This document shows, in pieces, positions 25,334 to 39,260 of a stretch of 64,000 nucleotides of DNA. Numbering within the stretch: the stretch's first letter is position 1; each line of letters starts with the position of its first letter. The position numbers were made by a program, and so were the translations under genes. The notes under the pieces were generated by a model that saw nothing but the letters and a program-made list of their open reading frames with translations, was not told the DNA's origin and made no database searches. Origin of the DNA: Takakia lepidozioides (Eukaryota; Plantae; Bryophyta); NCBI GenBank assembly GCA_030704615.1, contig CM060731.1, positions 8,184,001 to 8,248,000 of the forward strand. The letters are read 5' to 3'.

Positions 25334-28300
25334 GGAGTCTTATCTCCATCCCGATTAGCATGAGTATGATATGCAGTTTTATATGAGAGGTAGGGGCAGA
25401 GGAAGGCATGTCATGTAGGAGTTGGGGGCAGGAAGCAAGTGAGCAAGATATTTACATTCTGTAAGCAAGGAGAAGGTTTTCTTTTAGTTGGGGGGATTTG
25501 TGTCCAAGAAACAAGTAATATTTGAGCTACCACTATTGCCGGAGGCTCACTTTACTAGTGGACATAGCTTGTAACAATGTTCACTCTTGCTATGAAGTGT
25601 AACATGGATTCTTATTGCCTTCCAGATGGCTATAACCATATGATGGATGTATTGATCTGACAATTTGATAATAATCATGTACTCTTTTGTGGAGCTTCCT
25701 CCCTAGTTTAGAACTTGTTTTTCCCGAGGTCTCATACAAAGACATTTTAAGTAAGGAATGTTCGCGTAGGGTGAGGGAGACACTACTACTCCATGGGACT
25801 TTGCCCCATGGCAACTAGCTTAACATATGCAATTCAGAATCTCTAAGCTTTTCTATTACTCGGTACGAAAAAGTTCACAGCTGAGGTGATGACTGCGGCC
25901 GAGAGAAAGTAGCTGGTGATGTGAAGGCTTCCCAAGTTAAGAGCTTTGGCCTATAGCAGCTGCAAGGGGTGGCCTAGTGCTGAGAGGCCCTCCTACTCCC
26001 TTAAGTGCTTCTACTGAAAAGCTGTGCCGGTTAGAAAGAAAAATTGCTCATAACCAGGAATCAACTCCAGTTTCATTGGCCAGCAATGCCAGATTTGCTA
26101 CAGAAGTCAATATAACTTCATCCTGGTACCTCTGGTATGGCTGGTGGCTGTGGGGCTCAAATACCAATGAATTGCTATAGATGCAGTTTCAGCCTGGACT
26201 CCACGCACCACTTTCTCAACTTGCCTGAGGTCTACTGGGTCCTAGGAGGTCAGGAGATTCAGTTCTTCTTTAAGTTACTCAATGCCTGCCTCTCTTCATA
26301 TTCTTGCTTTCCCCCTTTCGATTTTCCTCCTTCTGCATACTGAGAAGAAATCCCAGGATTCGACATGAAGAGTTGGAGAGGGAGCGGCCTTGGCAGCGTG
26401 TACAGTAACCATGACACGCATAGGAGGCATGCCTGCCTTGCGCCGGTCCTCCATGGCCATTGTTGCCTCCCTCCAGGCACGTTAATGTCATCTTGGGGTC
26501 CTTGGCTAACGACTTTCCTGTTGGGGGTGTTCTGGAGAGGTGAGGAGGGCCTAACGTGTGGGGTAGTGTCATGGGAGACTGGAGGGTCACAGTTACTCGA
26601 GCATCGTACGTTTAGCAAAGTCACGTGTGCTGACAGCCTTCTCCATACTTTTGAAGAGACCCTCGTTTTCGAAAATTTCCCACTGCACTGCGTCTATCCG
26701 TTCTCTTCATGTCCCGTTTCACCCTCTTCCCACCTTTACCGCTCAGTCCGAAACCGGATGGCCATAAGGCTACGGCACGCAATGGATTACAAATGCATCT
26801 TTCTCTCCCACCCCTTCGAATATGGTGCAGCAGTTTTGCTAGTTTTAACTCCACCCCTGCACCTGTAGCATGAGTCTAGCAGCTGGTGAACTTTCCAGTC
26901 AGCACATCCTGACAATATCCTATCCCCTACCTAGCCACTTCAGAATGTGCATTTTATGTCTAGGTCATTTATATGTGTGTAAAAGTGTAAAGACACGGCA
27001 TCAATGCCTACAGTGAAGTTGGCCTTTGTGGACCCAAGGAAGTACCATTTTGGCCCTTGCTGGCACCGGGAAACCCGTTGTTGCTCTGATGCTTATGCAT
27101 GCGAGTTTTTGTTTCTGGACATTTCGTCTGCTTTCGAGATGGCGTTTGCTGAAACGAAAATGCACCCTACGTTTTCTTTGTGGGCGAAATAGGTGAAGGC
27201 CTGATGAAAACCTGACAACAAAATGTGGTTAGAAAACTTGTCGCACAATTAACGAAACCGCCTCACTGGTCTGAAAGTGTGTGTTTGCTTTAAGGAGAAA
27301 ACACCCCTAGTTCTACAAAGCAAATTTGTTAGTCATCATATATATCAACTCTGTGCAGACTCTTGGCAGAGTCCTTTAGAGGACCTTGCCTGCACCTTAC
27401 CTGCATGAGGCCCACTCAGTATCAGATATATAAAAATGTGCTTCTGTCTGAGTTGCAATCACAGGCACAATGCATCATATGGAATGCAGAGGGCTAAAGG
27501 AAGCACTGCTATATGAACATCTTGCCTTTTAACATAAAGTGAATGTAAAGGCTTAAATAAACAGTCAATTTCCAGATTTGTGACATTTGTGGCCTAGTTA
27601 TTTGTGCTCTGGTAGCTTAAAACCCCATGATTGATCATGGAGCGTTGTTATCCACTTGTGGCAGGCCGCACACGCCATCGCGGTTGATCCCTCTTCTCCT
27701 CGTGGAAACCTTTTCTGAAGTCTTGCCTTGAATTTTGGATAGGAACTAGTGTCTTGGGTAAATAGGGGTGGTGTGTTTTCTCCCTAAATTATGAATGTCT
27801 TTGTCTGCTACTGTGAGCATGGGGGGAGGATCTGAACATTTTTTGTTGTAAAGGCGGAAACAGCTGAAGGACAGGGTTGGATGTGTCTGCAGATGAATCC
27901 CAGAGGACCACATTTGAATCAAAAGAATATGTACGATGTTCTCTTGATTGACAAGAATGCCACATGGTCAGATTGTCAATTGAAGAATCTGGATGCGGCT
28001 AGGTGGAAGTCTTCGGTGAGCACTGGTGGAGGGGGATCGTTTGGGCAATTCCAGTATGTCAGTCCCTCCTTCCTCAGATTCATATTTCATAGAATTTTGA
28101 GCTGTCTCTGTTGGCTTCATGGGGTGTTAGCTAACATTTTCACCATAATTTGCATAAGGGGATAAAGATTTGATATGTCAAGGAGCAGAGTTTTTCTGTC
28201 TTTGTACGATGGTGAGTTCTCCCCCATAGAGAGAATTGGAGCAGAAAAGTTGTGTGTTGGGCATAGGAGGTTACATAAGGGGGGGAGTTCTACTAAAATG

Positions 28301-28561
28301 TTTCATGCTGACATTTGTTATGAGTGGGATTTGGCGGAGTGATTCTTGGTAACTAAGGAATAAAAGGACAGAAATGGAATTGCTGCTGCCGTCTGTGTTG
28401 GTATATTGTTGCCAAAATGCAATCTAATATTGTGAGTTGGAAGGAGATCTGACAGAAAAACCCTGCCACTTTGTAACAAGGAGGCTATTGCCTTTGAGGT
28501 GTATATTAGCTTTGAGATATTGTATATGAGTGTCTGCGTCTAAGAGTTTTGTGTCATGCAG

Positions 28562-31076
28562 GTTGGCATGGTTGGATCAGGTGCAATTCCTTGAATCAGG
28601 CACCTCCACCATGACCACCTACATCGAAAGAGGACCAAGTGTGACTAGTTCTGGCACTTTTGTGGACTTGAGGACACTTTGCAAGGCAGGACACCTGAAA
28701 GAGGCACTGCACATTTTGAACCATGGAGGCCGGTCGGCAGACTCCAATACTTATGTCTGTCTCTTGCAGGAGTGCATAAAGATGAAAGGCCTAGCCGAAG
28801 GAAAGCAGGTGCATGATCACATTATCCAGAGTGGATTCAAGCCAAACATATTTCTATTGAACACCCTTGTGAACATGTATGCCAATTGTGGGAGCGTGGT
28901 GGATGCGCGCCTATTGTTTGACACAATGTCTGAACGGACGTTGTTTACTTGGACTATAATGATGGCAGGATATCTGAAGCATGGTTGTGGTAGGGATGCA
29001 TTTGAGATCTATCAGCAAATGATACAGGAAGGTCTGATGCCTGACAATGTCATGTTCACCTTTGTTCTCAAGGCCTGTGCAAGCCTAGGAGTCCTGGAAA
29101 GAGGCAAAGAGGTCCATGCTGACATTATCAAAGCTGGGATTGCATCAGATATCATTCTGGAGACTGCCCTTGTTGATATGTATGCCAAATGTGGGAGCAT
29201 GACGGATGCACGCGAAGTGTTCGACAGTATGGCTCAACGAAATGTGGTCTCATGGAGTGCAATGATCGCGGGATATGCTCAGCATGGGTGTGATAGGGAG
29301 GCTTTTATGACCTATGAGCAAATGATACAGGATGGGGTGAAACCTAATAATATCACCTTCATTTGCATTCTCAAGGCGTGTGCAAACCTGACAGCGCTGG
29401 GAAAGGGCAAAGAGGTTCATTCTGCCATCATAAAAGCTGGAATTGTGCCAGATATTAATTTGGAGAATATCCTTGTTAACATGTATGCCAAATGTGGGAG
29501 CATGGAGTATGCACTTCAAGTGTTTGATAATATGGCTCAACGTGATGTGATCTCATGGAGTGCACTGATCGCAGGTTATGCTCACCATGGGTGCGGTAGG
29601 GAGGCGTTGAAGACCTACAAGCGTATGGTACAGGAAGGGGTGACCCCCAACAAGGTCACCTACATTTGTGTTCTCAATGCATGTGCCAGATTGGCAGCCC
29701 TGGAAAAGGGCAAAGAGGTTCATGCTGACATAATTAAGGCTGAGATTGCACCATATATAAATTTGGAGAATGCACTTGTTACCATGTATGCCAAATGTGG
29801 GAGCATGAAGGATGCGCGTCGAGTGTTTGACGATATGACTCAAAGAAATGTGGTCTCATGGAGTGCTATGATTGCAGCATATGCTCAGCATAGGTGTGGT
29901 AGAGAGGCGTTTGAGGTCTACGAGCGTATGATACAGGAAGGAGTGACACCCAACATAGTCACATTCATTTGCGTTCTCAATGCATGTGCTATCCAAGCAG
30001 CTCTGGAACAGGGCAAACAGGTACATGCTCACATCATTGAAACTGGAATTGCATCAGATGTTGTTCTGCAGACTTCCCTGCTCAACATGTATGCCAAATG
30101 TGGCAACATGAAGGATGCGCGTCAAGTGTTCAACGACATGGCTGAGCAGGATGTGGTCTCATGGAACGCAATCATCGCCGGATATGCTCAGCATGGATGT
30201 GGGAGGGAGGCCCTGCAACTATTTGACCAAATGCAACAGAAAGGCTGGAAGCCAGAGAGTATCACTTTTATATGTGTCTTGTCTGCATGCAGCCATATGG
30301 GCCTAGTGAATGAAGGCTGTCAATACTTTGATTCTATGAGTCGAGATCATGGTCTCACTCCTGCAGTGGAGCACTTTGGCTGTATGGTGGACCTCTTTGG
30401 GCGTGCAGGGCGACTGGATGAGGCAGAGGACATCATCAACAAAATGCCAATTGAACCAGATGCTGGAGTGTGGGGGCCGTTGCTTTGTGCCTGTGGAATT
30501 CATGGAAATGTAGAGCTAGCAGAACGTGCGGCAAAATGGCTTCTCAAGTGGGATCCACAGCACACTGCAACTTATGTGCTGCTATCAAATATCTATGCTG
30601 CTGCTGGCAGGTGGGATGATACAGCAAAGGTGAGAAAAATGATGCAGGACAGAGGGGTCAGAAAAGAGCCAGGGCACAGCTGCATTGAGGTGGACAACCA
30701 GGTGCATACATTTGTTGTAGGCGATAAATTGCATCCACAAAATGAGGAAATCCATGCTGTATTAAAGAGATTGTCTGGGCAGATGAGGAAGGCTGGGTAT
30801 GTGCCTGACACACGCTACGTATTGCATGATGTGGAGGAGGGACTCAAGGAGTTTTCTCTTTGCCACCACAGTGAGAAACTGGCCATTGCTTTTGGGCTGA
30901 TCAACACGCCCCCTGGGACGCCTATCCGCATCATCAAGAACCTTCGGGTGTGTGGTGACTGCCACAGTGCCACCAAGTTTATCTCAAAGATTGCTAGGCG
31001 AGCATTTGTTGTAAGGGATGCCAACCGCTTTCACCACTTCCAAGATGGGTTTTGTTCTTGTGGGGATTACTGGTGA
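28562..31076 (+). CDS. PLS-class PPR protein with E and DYW cytidine deaminase domains (organellar C-to-U editing factor); 5' end uncertain
   Basis: Intact PLS array, PG box KEPGHSCIEV, HSEKLA, CGDCH, terminal CSCGDYW; likely acceptor at 28561 or ATG at 28611. Confidence 0.96.
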
Positions 31077-33345
31077 AACAAGCAACATGAATGAGAGGAT
31101 GTTTGTGGCTTCAAAAAACATAAGGCCAGACAGATAACTCATCATTAGTTCGGTGAATCTGGAACAAGTGATTCGCAAGGCAATGTGTTTGGTTGTCTCA
31201 AATTCGGTATGCAACAACTCAATTGTCATGATAAGCTTAGAATCTCTGCCATTTTCCAGACGTTCACAGCTTCACCATTTTTTGACCAACCCTGGGTCTG
31301 CGGTCTAGATTTTCAAAAAGTTTTAGTCCTTCCACAATGCCAAGTGAAGGGGGGATGCTGATTGGGTTTGGCTGTCGGTGGCAGCATTTGTGAACATGTT
31401 ATGGGACTTTGCTGTCTCTGGTGGCTGGGCTTCAGTGTGAATGCTGGCAGCCATTACAACCCTACAATCAGCGGCGCTACTGTGAAGGATTGGCTTAACT
31501 CAATAAAAAATTTCAAATCAAATTTCTTGACGGTGATTGGTGATTGGGAAACACACTCACCCTTAAGAAATTTGACTTCGAAAATTTTGCTGAGGCTAAG
31601 AGGCTAAGCAGAGCTCATTGACACTGGCACCAAAATCGTTTGAAGATGTCGGCTGCTGCTCAAACATTTATCTGTAGGCCTTGGTTCTTTCATTCATGCA
31701 GAATGGCAGCCTTGAAATGCAACTTACATTCAGGTTGTAGTATGTTGTGCCAGCTGAGTTGGGAAGGGCACTCCAATATCCCATTTGATGTTGTGTGATG
31801 ACTAGCACCACGATTAACCTTCGGTTTGTTGAGGTAAGTGCTTTTTGGTTCAGGTTTCTAACCACTTAGTAGTGATTGAAATTCCAATTGGAACCGCTTG
31901 GCTTTTTTGACCTATCCTCCACCATAATATAGACATGTGTGGTCCCCGACTCAATTTTTGTTAACTGAACAGCCTGGTCACAGATTGGTGAGTGCGGTTG
32001 TTGTTGCAGAAAGTTGCTGGCAGATTCAAAGGAGTGGATGACAGTACGGGTAGCTTTGAATCACATGCGACAGCCACTTTCCATGCAGCTTCAAAGTTTC
32101 CCATATTGTAAGCTCCTGTTCACAATGAAAGAGTGTAAGACACTTCTGCTGTGTAGTGACGAATAACATCTGTATTCCGATGCAGAGGTCTTCTGAAGTT
32201 TTATTCTTTCATAGCCTTGATAATCAAAGCAATTGCCGTGTCTGTATCATGCGTATGTATAAACAATAACAAGTTCTATGGAGTGCACTGTGTAAGACAG
32301 CAATTATGGCATCTTCAGAACTATTCAAAACCTACCAAGTCAATTGCTTGAGTTGTTGGACCCCCTGGTACCTGACTCATTCAATGCTACTGTGAACTGC
32401 AAACCTGAGGGTTCAGTCTTAATCTTTGGTGCATATAACTTGCTTGGTCGTGGCAATTTTTCTTCACCATTGCATGTTAGTTGTTCAGATGTGATGGTGA
32501 CATCATGATATGGATCAGTACTGATATTTTTGTGATCAGTTGTGCTACAGCAAACTCCACCCACTACAGCACAAGCAATTCTCCATGTCACTTGACTCTT
32601 TGTGGCTTGATGCTGAATATCATATACACATCATGATGTCCTGTTCAAGGCCTGGCATGGATAGCATGGAACCATGGAAGTCATGACTGGAGGTCAGGTC
32701 AGGTTTGGTCCGGGCATACCTTGATTTGCTGTTGACAGAGAATCCTATGAACTTTCAGTGGCTGTTATCAGTTGCTTTACTTTTGCACTGAGCCTCTGAA
32801 AGACATGTGACAGAAATATGCCAATAATCGAACCCTGACTGGAGCTCCCACCTACAATATAAATGTCAAAGTTTGGAGGCATTATTCATAGGTCCAACTC
32901 CGGACTCATCTTCCTCCATGTACATTCCACAAGACCAAGGCTCTTTCTAATGAACAATGTTTATACTTAGAGTTTCATAAGCCAATCCCTTCTCGTCCTC
33001 TTGGATGCTAGTGCTTTTTCCTCCTTTCTGACTCGAGTAGTGAAAGCTGCTCTCCCTGCCATATGCACAAACCACCATTTTATTCTTGGAATGAGTCAAG
33101 TCACTGTTAATCCTCGGCTAAATCCAAATTCTTCTAGTGAAGACTTGGCGGCTTTTTGATTGGTTGCTTGCTGATCGTCATGCCAGTGCCTACAAGACCA
33201 ATTCAGTGAGGTTGATAACATAGTGCTACAGGTCAAATTCAGCTGGTGTCTTTGACATGTAATGGAGCTACTGAACTGAGGGACAGAAACAGAGAGGTGT
33301 GGACATCCGAAGATTCCACACCCCTAGAGATCCACCTTTCACATA

Positions 33346-34257
33346 GGTTCAATTGGCCATGCCATGACCGCCGCAGAAGACCATGCCTTTCAATGAATGC
33401 ATGCAGAGAGGGAAAGGATCAATTTCAGCCAATTCTAGTCATGTTGAAGCATATTTCCTTTCTCAAGTTGCACTTGGTTGCACACTCTTACCATCATTTG
33501 TGGGCTTTCATCTTGTTTGTTATTCATTGTAGTTGAGATTGAGCGAATTTAGGGAGCCAAGAGGACCTCGTGTACCATGCAATGGAACTTGCGTATTTGC
33601 AAAATGCAACGCCACCATGACTGTGTTTTCGTACCACTCCATGATAAAAACAACTCCTCGTTATGGCTGTCAATCCATGCTTCCCCAATGGATCTGCAGC
33701 TAAGACGGAGGATAGGCTATGGAACTCTTGCTTTGCGATCTGGTCTCTGCTACATAATGATCCTGATGCTGAAACTAATGTGGCTTGAAGCACTTGAAAG
33801 ATGAATTGGACATTAAGACTGTGATTCCAGGCTATTTTCTTGATGTCTTTCCAGTACTATGCATAGTGTAGACTCAGTGAGACAGGACGAGAACTGATAG
33901 AGAGATGGAAGATGATTGTAATATTAACCATTTATCTTTATTACTATTTTGTAAGGTGCGAATTTTCACTGTTCTAAGTAGAAGGTTTGAAGCTCATTAA
34001 TTTCAAAATAAGCGGGGGCATTGAGTGGGTGTGCTAGAAAGTGTATTGTGTCCTTAACAAATTATGATGGAGAGGAAGACCTGTTCTTTTTTGTGAGGTG
34101 AGCTTACCTGAAAATTTCATCCTCCTTCTGTGTCTGTGGAAAACAAGGACATGAAACCCGTTTGCAGGAAGCTTGAATGCAACCTAGATCTCACAGATAG
34201 CAATCAGAATAGCAATCCTCGACTTAATACCATTCCACAATTGCTCTCTCCACACTG
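33346..34257 (+). repeat. Direct repeat copy 1 (partner at 40319-41133)
   Basis: GCCATGAC..GAAGACCATGCCTTT..AGAGGGAAAGGATCAATTTCAGCC through ATACCATTCCACAATTGCTCTCTCCACACTGA shared. Confidence 0.9.
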
Positions 34258-34620
34258 AAGAGTATTTGCACCAGGGAGTTCTTCTGGTAAACTCCGTCAA
34301 CATCAGTGGGGCGTACCAAAGTGGAGAGGAGGAAGGGGAGGTGCAACGACCTTTTTTGGATGGTTGTGGAAGAAGGCATTTCTACTTTGAAAGAAGATGG
34401 CAAGGAGCTTGTAGATGAAGAGGTATTGCAAGCCATTTCTTTCTTGGGAAGTCAGCTGATTTTGCAAGAATGGGTGGCTGTGAAGCTCCGGATGGAGCGG
34501 GTCCGGAGCGGAATCCAGTGGGGCATCCTTTAACACTACGGCGACTCCCAAATTACGCCAGGCTGCGCTGGATTTATACAACATTACTTTGAGATCTGAT
34601 TATACCTAGGTACAATACTA

Positions 34621-35300
34621 CCGTAGGGAAGGCTGATCCGGCAGTAAAGTGCCGAATATTTATTTTCTTTACAACAAAACACTTGGGCACAACTTAAGGA
34701 AATTTCTAGATTTTACGGCAATGCCACGATGAGATTTGAAGTAATTCGGCGGTGACTCCCTGCATGAACTTGCTCTATCTACAGTCAGTAGCTTAGATGG
34801 TTAAGTGCACTGAGTGCCACCCAGATGATTCTGGGGTCAAATCTTGCTACTGACGGGTGGTATATGGTTTCTGGGCGGTGTCCCACTCATTCACCTCCAT
34901 GGCGCATAAATGAGAGAGGTTATTTTCTCCTCTCACTACTAAGGGGCCAAATTTGTGAGCTGGCGCTCCCAGGTGTTTCCCTTTTTTCAAAAAAAAAACA
35001 AACAAACAAAAAAACAAATTATGTGGGTTGTTAAGAGCCATGAGAGCATCTGGTCAATCATCAAATGCAGTGATTGTTCAGCCAATTATTCTAGGATTTC
35101 TCAGAGCTAAGGAAAATATTTTCCTAGAGCTTTATGCCTTGAAACATGCATTTGGAGATTTGATATTTGGAGTTTGTTTGAGATTTTAGGCGTTTTTTTT
35201 TAAGTTTCTGGAATTTCGGCAGTTTTTCCTAAATTTTCACTTAATTATTAGGCAGATTCATTTCTAATTATTTAGTGCCAGATCAGCCTTCCCACTACGG
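34621..35300. mobile_element. TA-flanked MITE with CCGTA termini
   Basis: TIRs CCGTAGGGAAGGCTGATC / GATCAGCCTTCCCACTACGG, TA on both sides. Confidence 0.85.
34785..35018 (+). mobile_element. tRNA-derived SINE inserted in the MITE
   Basis: A box TAGCTTAGATGG, degenerate B box GGGTCAAATC, A-rich tail AAAAAAAAACAAACAAACAAAAAAACAAA. Confidence 0.65.
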
Positions 35301-37992
35301 TAGACACCATTGCCAATGATGAGGTACTATTCGTGTTTTCTCATTTTTTCAGTTGTTCTCAATTTCTGTGATGGTGCCATCCTCCAAAAATTCACTAAAT
35401 TCTTGCCGAAAGCTCCTCATGTAGTCATAGTACACCTGGTATAAGGAGACTTTCATAAAATCTCTGAGAGATATCAAGTCCCTAATGGTACACATGGTTG
35501 TGAGATTTTCTTTGCTATAATTTCTAGGACAAAACGGGTATCCTATTGCATTCTCAAAATGTCAGGGATTATTTGAAGAAAATCAAGACATGTTCAGGAA
35601 TATAAGATCACCTCAAGAGGAGTGCGACCTCTCAAAACCGGCTCTTTGTCCACACCCCATGTGAGGCACTCAGGATTGTGGATGCCATTGCGGTCTGTAA
35701 AAAATATGTCAGGGTCTCACGGCCAATAGCAAGAGGAAGTGGGATGTAGACCTCATCCCCAACATTGCCACCGCATCGATGGAATGACATCACCACCTAC
35801 ATAAAAGCCATGCCGATAGTATCATTCTGGTGAGCGTAGTTAGAATTTCTGATGCAGTGTGGAGCTCTTCTCGATGAGAGGCCCTCTCCACAAGTATTTA
35901 AGACAATGTTAAATCTTTCCGCTCAAAGTGAAAGGAAGAATTAGTGGCATTGACAAAAAAATAAGTCACACCCCTGTTGCACGCCTTCTGCGGTGATATA
36001 CACTAGTACATTCTCCAGAGAGTTCATAATTTCGATTTTTAACGTCCAGTCCAGCTCATCGCCCTCTTCGTATAGCTCGACATTCTCCAAAGCACTCATT
36101 ATTTCTTTTCCGACGTTAAGCGAGTCATCACCTTCGTCTGTGGACTGAACAGAGTCTCCCCATGTCTGTGGAAGATTTGCCTCATTACTTAGCGCGCTGT
36201 AATAGTAGCTGAATGAGTGCTATGTCCACATTCATCTGATCGAAAAAGCAAGTCCTCCAATATTGGCCCAAGTACCACTTGCATCTCAGAGGTTTCGATT
36301 CCAAGTACACCCACTTCAACATGTTGTTGTAGCATCCTTTGTAAGCTGTAAAGCTGAATTGTCGGTACTATGACCCAACAGAATGGTAGTTTGAGAAAAG
36401 CTTCGGTGCAGCTTCCGTTACGGAACCCACGGATTCAATCTTCTCTCCGTGATCCATTGGTGATGAGAGCCCCTGAACTATTTTCACCGTGTCGAATATT
36501 TTCCCGCCCACCCATTGGCCTTGGACCGCAGTAATAGGTCTTTGTGCATCCTCCCGGCCTGAAGAAACCTGAATCTTAGAGGAAGAGGACTGTTTATTCC
36601 CATGCATTCGTCAATGTCATCCTCAATACAGATCACGTGGTTCGGCATGGCGTTTGACATGCTGACGCTTACTGAATCCTGCTAAAGCCGCGGATGATCT
36701 CGCTGGAGGACGTCGGAAACAGAGCCCCAAGCTGCTGTTGGAAAGACCTCTTCCATTGATCGCACACCTAGAGAATGCGTCAGCAGGGGGTCGAGCTGGA
36801 GGTCGTCGGGAAAAGAGCCCCAAGTTGCTTTTTCAAATACCTCTTCCATTGATCGCACACCAAGAGAATTCGCCTGCACGTGGTCCAGCACATATTCTTT
36901 GCCAAACCACATTTCTCTGACATCATCATCTTGTGGACGCACTTCTGAATTCTCCAATAATTTTGTTGCAGGATCCACATTATTGTCAAGAAAAGACAAG
37001 GGTCTTCCAGCGCGAATCAATTCGGGATGATTGATGTGCAGATGATCTATGGAACTCCAAGCCCATTTCTCTAGTCGTTCTTTGCTATCTCCTTTCCAGG
37101 GCCTCTCAGCCGATCCCCGCGGACGTAAACAGTTCCTAAATCCTTGACTCTCACTTCTCTTGTTTGACTTCATACTGGAAAAACTTCACGGAACGCAAAG
37201 CTAAGTGCGATCGCAGTAGATTTACCACCTGTCGCAAGAAACTTGTTGAAACAGTAGAGCTCACCCCGACCTAAATTCAATTCTCTGATCCCAGGTGGGA
37301 TCAGGAGCGCTGTGCTGCAGCAAACACAACACAACGAGAATGAGCGAGTAAAGCAAACTTGACATCTCTGTGATAACACCAGCGCGTCGGATGGCAAAAG
37401 AGACGATGCGCACAAATTCCCGAACTTCAGTCCCCAGACCTTGCGATCCATACCGTCGATTCGCGATATCGGACGGCCAGGGGAAAACAAAATATCCATT
37501 GGACGCTACGTCCACGATCGAACGGTGAACAGACAATCGCGTGTGCCGCCGCAAAATTTCAATCCCCAAGTGTGGGAAGGGCGATAGCGCTGGCCATTGC
37601 AAGAGAGGATAGTGCCCAGTGGGGAGGGCTATGCGATTACAAGAGAGAGCTCCTATATTAAACACTCCCTCTCATTCCCCTCTGGACACCAAACTGATCA
37701 CTGACATGCTCTGCTAGATTTCATATCGTTGGGGCTGGCTCTCTGTCTATGTAGATTCTATCAATTTTGTTTAAGTTCATTGCAATCAGTTGCAGATCTC
37801 CTTCTTCTTCTTCTTTTACTTGGTGTCTATAGAGACTTCAGCCTGCTTGGACTGTACGTTCACTTATCAACGCCATCTAGATAAGCTGTCAGAACTTTGC
37901 TCAAACGCGTGTGTTTCTGGTTACTATCTGCAACCATAGAAACATCAGGACTGTTACAGGCAATGGCTGGTTATTATCAGCGTCCGATGAGG

Positions 37993-38446
37993 TTCAACAA
38001 GCGATGGAGATTGGGTGGTACCTGAAGTAGATTAGTGGAAGCATATGGAATCATGGGATATGTTGCCTCTGGATGACAACATGGATTGGGTATCAAGCCT
38101 GAAGGAAAACGATCTTCCTTCCTTACCTTTGCATGTAGCTGGACCTGGATGCCACAAGATACTTGTTTTGGAACATACAGAAGCCACCGGCCAACTCCTC
38201 CCTCTTCAGTGCTCCATAGCTCCCAAGCCGAAGAACGAAAAGACATCAAAATACAAGGGGGTGAATCGGAGTCGTCCCCAATTCGACCATAATTGACTCA
38301 TCTTCGGCCATTGAGTGCGAGAAGATCGTTTTCCTTCAGGCTTGATACCCAATCCATGTTGTTATCCAGAGGCAACATATCCCATGATTCCATATGCTTC
38401 CACTGATCTACTTCAGGTACCACCCAATCTTCCGGCGCTTGTTGAA
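37993..38446 (+). ncRNA. Long inverted-repeat hairpin (candidate hpRNA/miRNA precursor)
   Basis: Arms 37993-38117 and 38321-38446 are near-perfect reverse complements; TATATTAAA at 37654 upstream. Confidence 0.55.
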
Positions 38447-38469
38447 TTGTAGAAATTGCAGTGTGATAC

Positions 38470-38600
38470 TACGTTGAATGAACCACGAAGTCATCAAGAG
38501 CTACGAACGGATCTTGATCTACGAAGTCACCAAGAGCTACGATATGATCTCCATCTACGAAGTCACAGAGCGACGAACGACGAGCTACGAGTCACTACGT
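38470..38600 (+). repeat. Short tandem repeats (CTACGAAGTCA/GAGCTACGA units)
   Basis: About 4 imperfect units upstream of the Copia gag remnant. Confidence 0.7.
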
Positions 38601-38984
38601 TGAATGGTAGCACTCCTCATACTACTGCCACATCACCATTGCTTTCCCGCTTCTACTAGGTGTTGCAACTGTCAAGTCACTCTCAGAAGATTGTCGTGGC
38701 ACTCCTCATACGATTGTTACGCTACTATTGCTTCCCTGCTTCGAATAGGTGTTAATATATACATGTAGTATCGATTTCATGATATTGCTTTTGCTTAGGT
38801 AGATGCTGGTGTGTGCATCTCTACAGATGAGTATGCTCCGATTACTTTTGTTGTACTACAAGGCTTGTAGTCATGTTTCTCTATGACTACGGTGTTGAAA
38901 GTAATAGCACTTACACTAAGCTAGTGAGGGCTCTATACAGGCAATCACTTGATCAGAATAGGCATTCCAACATGTTCCATCTAG

Positions 38985-39260
38985 ATAGAGATCTAGGCAA
39001 TTTGGAGAGATTCTATGGTCGGAACTTCCACATGTAGTACTAGAAATCAAGAGCTGTGAGTTAGAGAGTGGAAGCGTGATGGATAAAGATCTAGGCAATG
39101 TGGAGAGATTTTCCGGTCAGAATTTCCACCTAGGGAAGTTTCAGATGCAAGCTGCATCTAGAGATCTTATGGCTATAGTCGATGGCACAGAAACTCTTGA
39201 TAACACGCCTGATGAAGGAAATTGCCACAAGAAGGATAATATTTTGTTTAATTTGGTACC
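38985..39260 (+). mobile_element. Ty1/Copia gag N-terminal remnant
   Basis: NVERFSGQNFHLGKFQMQA..DLMAIVDGTE (Copia gag N-terminus); its start is duplicated at ~38990 and ~39089. Confidence 0.7.

Noticed and set aside
26259-26868. Overlapping ORFs of 100-167 aa
   Set aside because: No recognisable domain on either strand; likely chance or decayed TE frames
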